A DNA stretch of 64,000 bases from Zootoca vivipara. Taxonomy: Eukaryota. Of this stretch, positions 11,814 through 64,000 are shown piece after piece (the stretch's first letter is position 1; each line of letters begins with the position of its first letter). The position numbers and the translations under genes are program-made. The DNA lies in contig NC_083283.1 of NCBI RefSeq assembly GCF_963506605.1, positions 46,252,001-46,316,000 of the forward strand, given 5' to 3'. Below the pieces are notes generated by a model. The model did no database searches. It saw nothing but the letters and a program-made list of their open reading frames with translations, and had not been told where the DNA came from.

Positions 11814-12512
11814 AAAACTGTGTCGATCCAGTACTGTGTTGTCACATCCTGTTCATTTAATGTCCTCACTTGAATGGGACTTAGCATCATGGATAGGCTA
11901 TCTGTCTCATTCACTTTTTGTAAATTGTTGCAGCCCTTCAAAAAGACTCTTGTAGGCAAATGGCTTCGTTTTTCATAATGGCATACCAAAATCAATATAC
12001 AAAACAATCTGTAGATACAAAGACTGTTCTTATACCGGCTTGGTTTTTTTTACACGTATAACTATTTCCCCATTAATACTGGGTTAAATAATTCCAAAAG
12101 GCAATTAAGGCTTGGGACCTGGTCTAGTGAGCACTATCTAAATTAACTGTTAAACTAATAGTTTGTATAGTTCCCTGAAAAGTTTAATAACATGTACATG
12201 TTTTGTTAAATTTTATACTTTTCATCATTTGTATTATCCTATTTTTGTGTATTATTGTTCCGCGTTATCCATAGTTACCTTTATTAAATAGATGTTGCTT
12301 GCTATCCTGTGCTATATGCTATGGTGGTTTTTAAAATATATGAATGATTTGCATCATGATGGCCACTCTCCTGGTCCTCAAGAAGGTCACCAAAGTTTTT
12401 CAGGGTGAAACCACTGTTACTAAGATAAGCTAGTGGAAGATGGCCATGGTTTCTTCAGAAATACCCATGACATTGTTTGTACAGAGACGTATTGAAATAC
12501 AAAGTTATCGGG

Positions 12513-12764
12513 CAGGGGTAGGCAACCTAAGGCCCATGGGTCGGATGCGGCCCAATCGCCGCCTCGATATGGCCCGCGGACCGCCCAGGAATCAGTGTGT
12601 TTTTACATGAGTAGAATGTGTCTTTTTATTTAAAATGCCTCTCTGGGTTATTTGTGGGGCATAGGAATTCGTTCATTCCCCCCCCCCCCAAAAAAAGTCC
12701 AGCCCACAACATGGTCTGAGGGACTGTGGACCGGCCCATGGCTAAAAAAGGTTGCCGACTCCTG
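12513..12764. mobile_element. hAT MITE
   Basis: CAGGGGTAGGCAACCT ... AGGTTGCCGACTCCTG; degenerate 8-bp TSD (6/8). Confidence 0.8.
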
Positions 12765-13120
12765 TTCTCTGGTATTCCTGCATATTGTACAATCATACAG
12801 GATCCTAAGGCGCTGCTCTGTGAACAAAAAGGGCCTTTAATCCAATGGAGGCACTTGCTAAAAGGATAGGGAGGATTTTTGTGTGCATTTTCTTCATACA
12901 TTAAGCTGCTCATGCTGCTTCAGAGGACGCCTACCCTTAAGCAGGTTTTGCAAGAAGGTAAAATAAGAAAAAGGGCCTCCTTCTCTAGCAGAAGTGGTAC
13001 CGGTAGATGCAGCACAATTGTCATATGCCACTTTGGGGATGGAACTGAATAGTGAACTTTGAACAACAGCCTTGCTGTGTGTGCCAAGTTGATCAGGTCT
13101 GAGATACACAGTTCGGTCCA

Positions 13121-13930
13121 GTGCAATTAAAGCACTGGAGATAATACAGGAGTTCGGACAAGTTGCAGGTTTTAAATTGAATAAGGGTAAAACCAAAGTT
13201 CTGGATAAAAATTTAACACTAGAAGAGAAAAATAAGTTACAGGAAGCCACTGGTTTGATGTTTGTTAAAAAAAGTGAAATATTTGGGTGTGAATATGACT
13301 GCGAAAAATTTGAACTTGTAGAAGAGTTTGTATTTGATATCCCGCTTTATCACTACCCTAAGGAGTCTCAAAGTGGCTAACATTCTTCTTTCCTTTCCTC
13401 CCCCACAACAAACACTCTGTGAGGTGAGTGGGGCTGAGAGACTTCAGAGAGTGTGACTATCCCAAGGTCACCCAGCAGCTGCATGTGGAGGAGTGGAGAC
13501 GCGAGCCCGGTTCCCCAGATTATGAGTCTACCGCTCTTAACCACTACACCACACTTGTATAAAGACAATTATGATAAAATATGGAATGAAAGCAAGAGAG
13601 ATTTGGATATATGGACAAATTTGAAGTTGTCTTTGTTGGGCCGAATATCAGTTGTGAAAATGAATGTTTTGCCAAAAATACAATTTCTATTTCAAGTACT
13701 TCCTATCATTGATAAGATGAATTGCTTTAAGAAATGGCAAAAGGTATTGTCTAAATTTATCTGGCAGGGATAAAGTTTTTTAGAATTAAAGTTTTAGAAT
13801 TAAGTTTAAGCTATTAACGGATTCAAAGGACAGGTGGGGATTCTCCCTGCCAGATTTGAAGATCTGTTTTGAAGCGGCAGCCTTTTGTTGGTTGAAAGAT
13901 TGGTTTATGTTGGAAAATACTGATGTTGGC
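13121..13930 (+). mobile_element. L1-clade LINE ORF2 fragment, decayed and interrupted by a SINE
   Basis: EFGQVAGFKLNKGKT, LSLLGRISVVKMNVLPKIQFLFQ and FIWQG; sequence rejoins across the SINE. Confidence 0.85.
13321..13552 (-). mobile_element. Squam3-like tRNA-derived SINE
   Basis: Reverse complement begins GTGGTGTAGTGGTTAAGAGCGG; ACTTGTA duplicated at 13314-13320 and 13553-13559. Confidence 0.82.
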
Positions 13931-14016
13931 GTATTTAAACTGAGTAATTGCGCAATAAAAAGCATTCTGAGGAGACTGCAAAGTATAATTAGGAGTTGTT
14001 TTAATTAAAAAATAAT

Positions 14017-14242
14017 AAGAAGAAGAGTTTGGATTTGATATCCCGCTTTATCACTACCCGAAGGAGTCTCAAAGCGGCTAACAATCTCCTTTCCCCTCTT
14101 CCCCCACTCTGTGAGGTGAGTGGGGCTGAGAGACTTCAGAGAGTGTGACTATCCCAAGGTCACCCAGCAGCTGCATGTGGAGGGGTGGAGATGCGAACCC
14201 GGTTCCCTAGATTACGAGTCTACCGCTCTACACCACACTGGC
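14017..14242 (-). mobile_element. Squam3-like SINE, second copy
   Basis: Highly similar to 13321-13552; (CTT)n tail. Confidence 0.82.
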
Positions 14243-14285
14243 TGTTATATTAACTACAAGAATGTTACAGAAGCGTGACCCATCC

Positions 14286-14610
14286 AGCTTAACGGTTTCA
14301 TATTCCCCACTTGGTGAGTAACATAAATAATAATCCTCGCCTGGAATTTGTTGAAAACCCCTGGCTACTAATCTTGCCTTGTACCTTACCACTTCATTCT
14401 TGTCATTCATTTTAACTTTATAAACCTACTTTGAGTCATTTACTCTCATATCTGGGGTTTGTGGTACAAGAGACCAAGTGTTATGCTCTTTTAAAGAAGT
14501 TATCTCAGAATCCATTGCTTTATACCAATTCACAGCTTGCTTGGGTAAGTTTTGAACTTTATGGTAGGTTTTTGGCTCAAAAATTGCCTTATTGGCATAC
14601 ACAGTGTTAA
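14286..14610 (-). mobile_element. Ty1/Copia reverse transcriptase fragment
   Basis: EPKTY...WYKAMDSEITSLKEHNTWSLVP...K*VYKVK...RYKARLVARGFQQIPGEDY. Confidence 0.88.
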
Positions 14611-14659
14611 ACTGTTCATTTGCCTATTTAACTAGCTTTTATGTGCTAATTACTGATGC

Positions 14660-15320
14660 CTTCTTTGGCGATCTCTCATAGCTAAGATTGTCTTCCATAA
14701 ACATGGTTTTAACAATGAGTCCCTTAAGTGACTGTGGAGGCCAATTCTGGATCCGCTCGTCCTTCCACAGTGGGGACATTGGTTTCCGGGCGGGAGTTGA
14801 TCAGAGTGTGGATTTGCCAAGCGTGCCTTCCTCTTAGCACGTTTCTCCCTTGCGTCCTGAGTTCAAGTGTCTTTAAAGCCCATGACACCTTTGGTAAAGG
14901 CTGTTAGTGCTCGCAGGCCAGTGTTTCCCAGTTGTCAGTGTTTATACTACATTTTTTTTAGGTTTGCCTTCAGTCTTTCAACCTCTTTTCTTGGCCACCA
15001 GCATTACGCTTTCCATTTTTAAGTTCGGAATAGAGTAGTTGCTTTGGAAGACGATCATCAGGCATCCACACAACATGACCAGTCCAACGAAGTTGATGTT
15101 GAAGAATCATTGCTTCAACTCTGGTGATCTTTGCTTCTTCCAGTACACTGATATTAGTTCGCCTATCTTCCCAAGTGATGTGTAAAAATTTTCGGAGACA
15201 CTGTTGATGGAATCTTTAGAGCAGTTGTCCATGTTTCACAAGCATACAGTAAGGTTGGTAGTACAATAGCTTTGTAAACAAGCATTTTGGTTTCCCTTCA
15301 AACACTGCACTTCAGTCGGG
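14660..15320 (-). mobile_element. RTE-clade LINE 3' fragment
   Basis: QLRWTGHVVWMPDDRLPKQLLYSELKNGKRNAGG on the minus strand. Confidence 0.85.
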
Positions 15321-15576
15321 ACTGATGCCTATCCCTGGGTCCACCACACCTCTTCCTACCCCTAATATATATTTGGGTCTGGCTATTTTCCTATTCTAAC
15401 ATATTGGCTCTAATAAAATTCTAACAGTATTAAAGTCAAGTACTTAGCACCGACAGATCCACACCATTTCTTGGTAGCACACATCCATATAAAAAAATAT
15501 AACAATAAAAGGTAGATAAGTTGGTTTCATTTAACATTATAATTCTTGTATAAATAAGAAAGGCCTGGATTGCCCT

Positions 15577-15747
15577 TAAAGGCCAACTAAGTTTATATTT
15601 TGGTATGAGCTTTCGTGTGCATGCACACTTCTTCAGATACACACGAAAGCTCATACCAAAATATAAACTTAGTTGGTCTTTAAGGTGCTACTGAAGGAAT
15701 TTTTTTATTTTGCTTCGACTCAGACCAACACGGCTACCTACCTGTAA
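15577..15747. mobile_element. Penelope-like retroposon copy with inverted segment, variant B
   Basis: Minus-strand segment 15577-15640 abuts plus-strand segment 15640-15747; flanked by CTGGATTGCCCT at 15565-15576 and 15748-15759. Confidence 0.8.
15601..15640 (-). ncRNA. Minimal hammerhead ribozyme motif
   Basis: Reverse complement reads GTAT-CTGAAGA-A-GTGTGCATGCACAC-GAAA-GCTC-ATACCA; stem I only 4 bp. Confidence 0.75.
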
Positions 15748-17064
15748 CTGGATTGCCCTGCTGGTGCTAGCCAAGCTGCTCTAGTAGTTTCAAAGCTGCC
15801 ACATGGTTGGATGGCACTTTAAAGTATGAGACACTACTCTCCTGCTCCAATGGCTTAATTAGAAATCCACACAGTAGAGCAGATGGAAGAAAAAGGAAAT
15901 AAGGTAACCCTAGTTAGACAATTCCTCTGGGCAATAGGGATTGTGTCAAAGATTTCATAGAAAAGCTATGATGGCAGAGGAATTTGAAGTAAGGAGTAGA
16001 TTAATGGAAGCAGTAACAGGTATAGGAACAGCAAGGAAGAAAGCAATATATTTAAGGGAGCAGCAAACAGTGATGAAGTAATCCGTGTGAAGGTAACATT
16101 TATGGTTTTAAGAACGGGAAGGCCTTGGAGGATTTTGAAAGTAAGCAAACATGTTTGAATGGGATATGGAAATAGAAAGGAAGCCAGTATAGGATTGAAG
16201 GAGTAATGCGTAACCAGGCAAAAGGTGCATGATGTGGGCAGCAGAGGCAAATCAATCTACCTTTACATTAGATTGGAAACAGACGAGTCTAGACTGAAAG
16301 GTGCTAAGACTGAAAGAAGGGCCATGCAATAGTCACCAAATTTGGTGAGAAGTGCTGCTGGGTAGCATGACATGCTGCGATTCCAGGTACAGCAGTGAAT
16401 CCAGGAGAACACTAGCATGTGAATATAAATGACCTGGTTCTTTTCCCGACATATAAGGCATTCTGCCTTTCGATCACCTCACACAAATAGGGAAATCCTC
16501 CACTGCTGTCCTCTGTCTAGGCCACTACGGCATAGGCGCGCTTATCCAACACGCATTACGAAAAGAGAAAGGACGTTTCCAGCACTGGGAAGGGCACCTG
16601 GGAGGAAACTCCCTCCCCTCAGGAGTAATTTAACGGCCAGAGGAATACCGGCAGTTTCGCTTCCCACTTTTCACGTCAGTGGCGCTCGCGCCCTTGATTC
16701 TCGGAGCTAGCCGGGTTTCGACCTCGCCAGAACAATAGTTGCTATGGTGCGTTTCACAGCGGACGTGACGTCCTTGGACTAGAACGGGCCGGAGCCCCCT
16801 TGACAGACGCCGGATTGAAACTCCCGCGAGCGCTTTCGCTTCCGGTTTTGCCCCCTCCCTCGCCCCGCCCCCTCACGTCCGAATCGTCCCCCTCTTTGGG
16901 TTTTGTTCCCCGCAGCGGGGCTCAGGGGCCCGCCCCAGTCTACGCCCCGCCCCTTTCCTCTGCCTTCGCAGCCGCTCCTCTGAGCTGGGCGAGCGGCGGC
17001 GGATGCGGGCGGCTCGGTGGTTGAGCTGAGGCGCTCGCTCGCTCGCAGGGAACTGTCAGTCAAC

Positions 17065-63493
<46,429 letters not shown>

Positions 63494-64000
63494 GTAATTA
63501 AGTGGGATTGTTTGTAATAAAATGACTTAAAATGGAATGGATTTCACTTTTTAAGAAAGGTATATTGAAGCTGGATAAAATAGATATTGGTTCTCTTATT
63601 TCCTGCTTTACAGTCAGTATTTTGAAAAAAGTGGATTTTTAAGTTCCATCTGATTGTTTGGCCATATAGCTCTATAGAGAGGCTTGAAGGGCCTCAGTTG
63701 GACCCTGGTCCTGAGGGTCACCCCAAATGTAAACAGTTAACTTGTATTTTATTTCACATTTCCATTAAGATTGGCAGCCCATTACTTGCATTTTGTTTTA
63801 GGGAAAACCTCAAATTTTATCCTGGGTTATTCCAGCAATTGCTCTTAATAAGATTCTGTCTAAATATTGCTATTAAATTGTAAGGTGTGCTGAGATTGAA
63901 AAACCTGGAATTTTTTTCCACTTGAAAAGTAAGATATGAGATATATGAAGCCTATTCCCAGTATTCAACAGCAATCATCCATAACCTTAATTACAAAGGG

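Noticed and set aside
13030-13115. Similarity to 30868-30950
   Set aside because: Probably an old dispersed repeat; no structure or family identifiable

Overview
Vertebrate genomic DNA, most likely from a lacertid lizard (inferred from Podarcis-type Sauria SINEs and Squam3-like SINEs). It holds two + strand spliced genes in the order seen at human 18p11.32. The first is the 3' part of NDC80 (14 coding exons, 231-11697). After a TE-packed 5.4 kb spacer and a CpG island comes SMCHD1, exons 1-36 (17065-63493, 1510 codons, continuing past the window). All 50 exons have canonical GT/AG boundaries and keep frame. Introns carry SINEs, L1/L2/RTE/CR1 LINE pieces, hAT and Tc1/mariner MITEs, solo LTRs and a Copia RT fragment. 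The best hidden signal is four copies of a ~100-170 bp TSD-flanked retroposon, each carrying a minimal type I hammerhead ribozyme motif (Penelope-like pLTR type). Three copies are sense within NDC80/SMCHD1 introns and two are identical over 114 nt. Hammerheads in Penelope-like elements are known in general; activity here is untested. Second is a candidate 22-nt frameshifting (poison) micro-exon in SMCHD1 intron 25. Gene and repeat-family names come from recall, not database searches.
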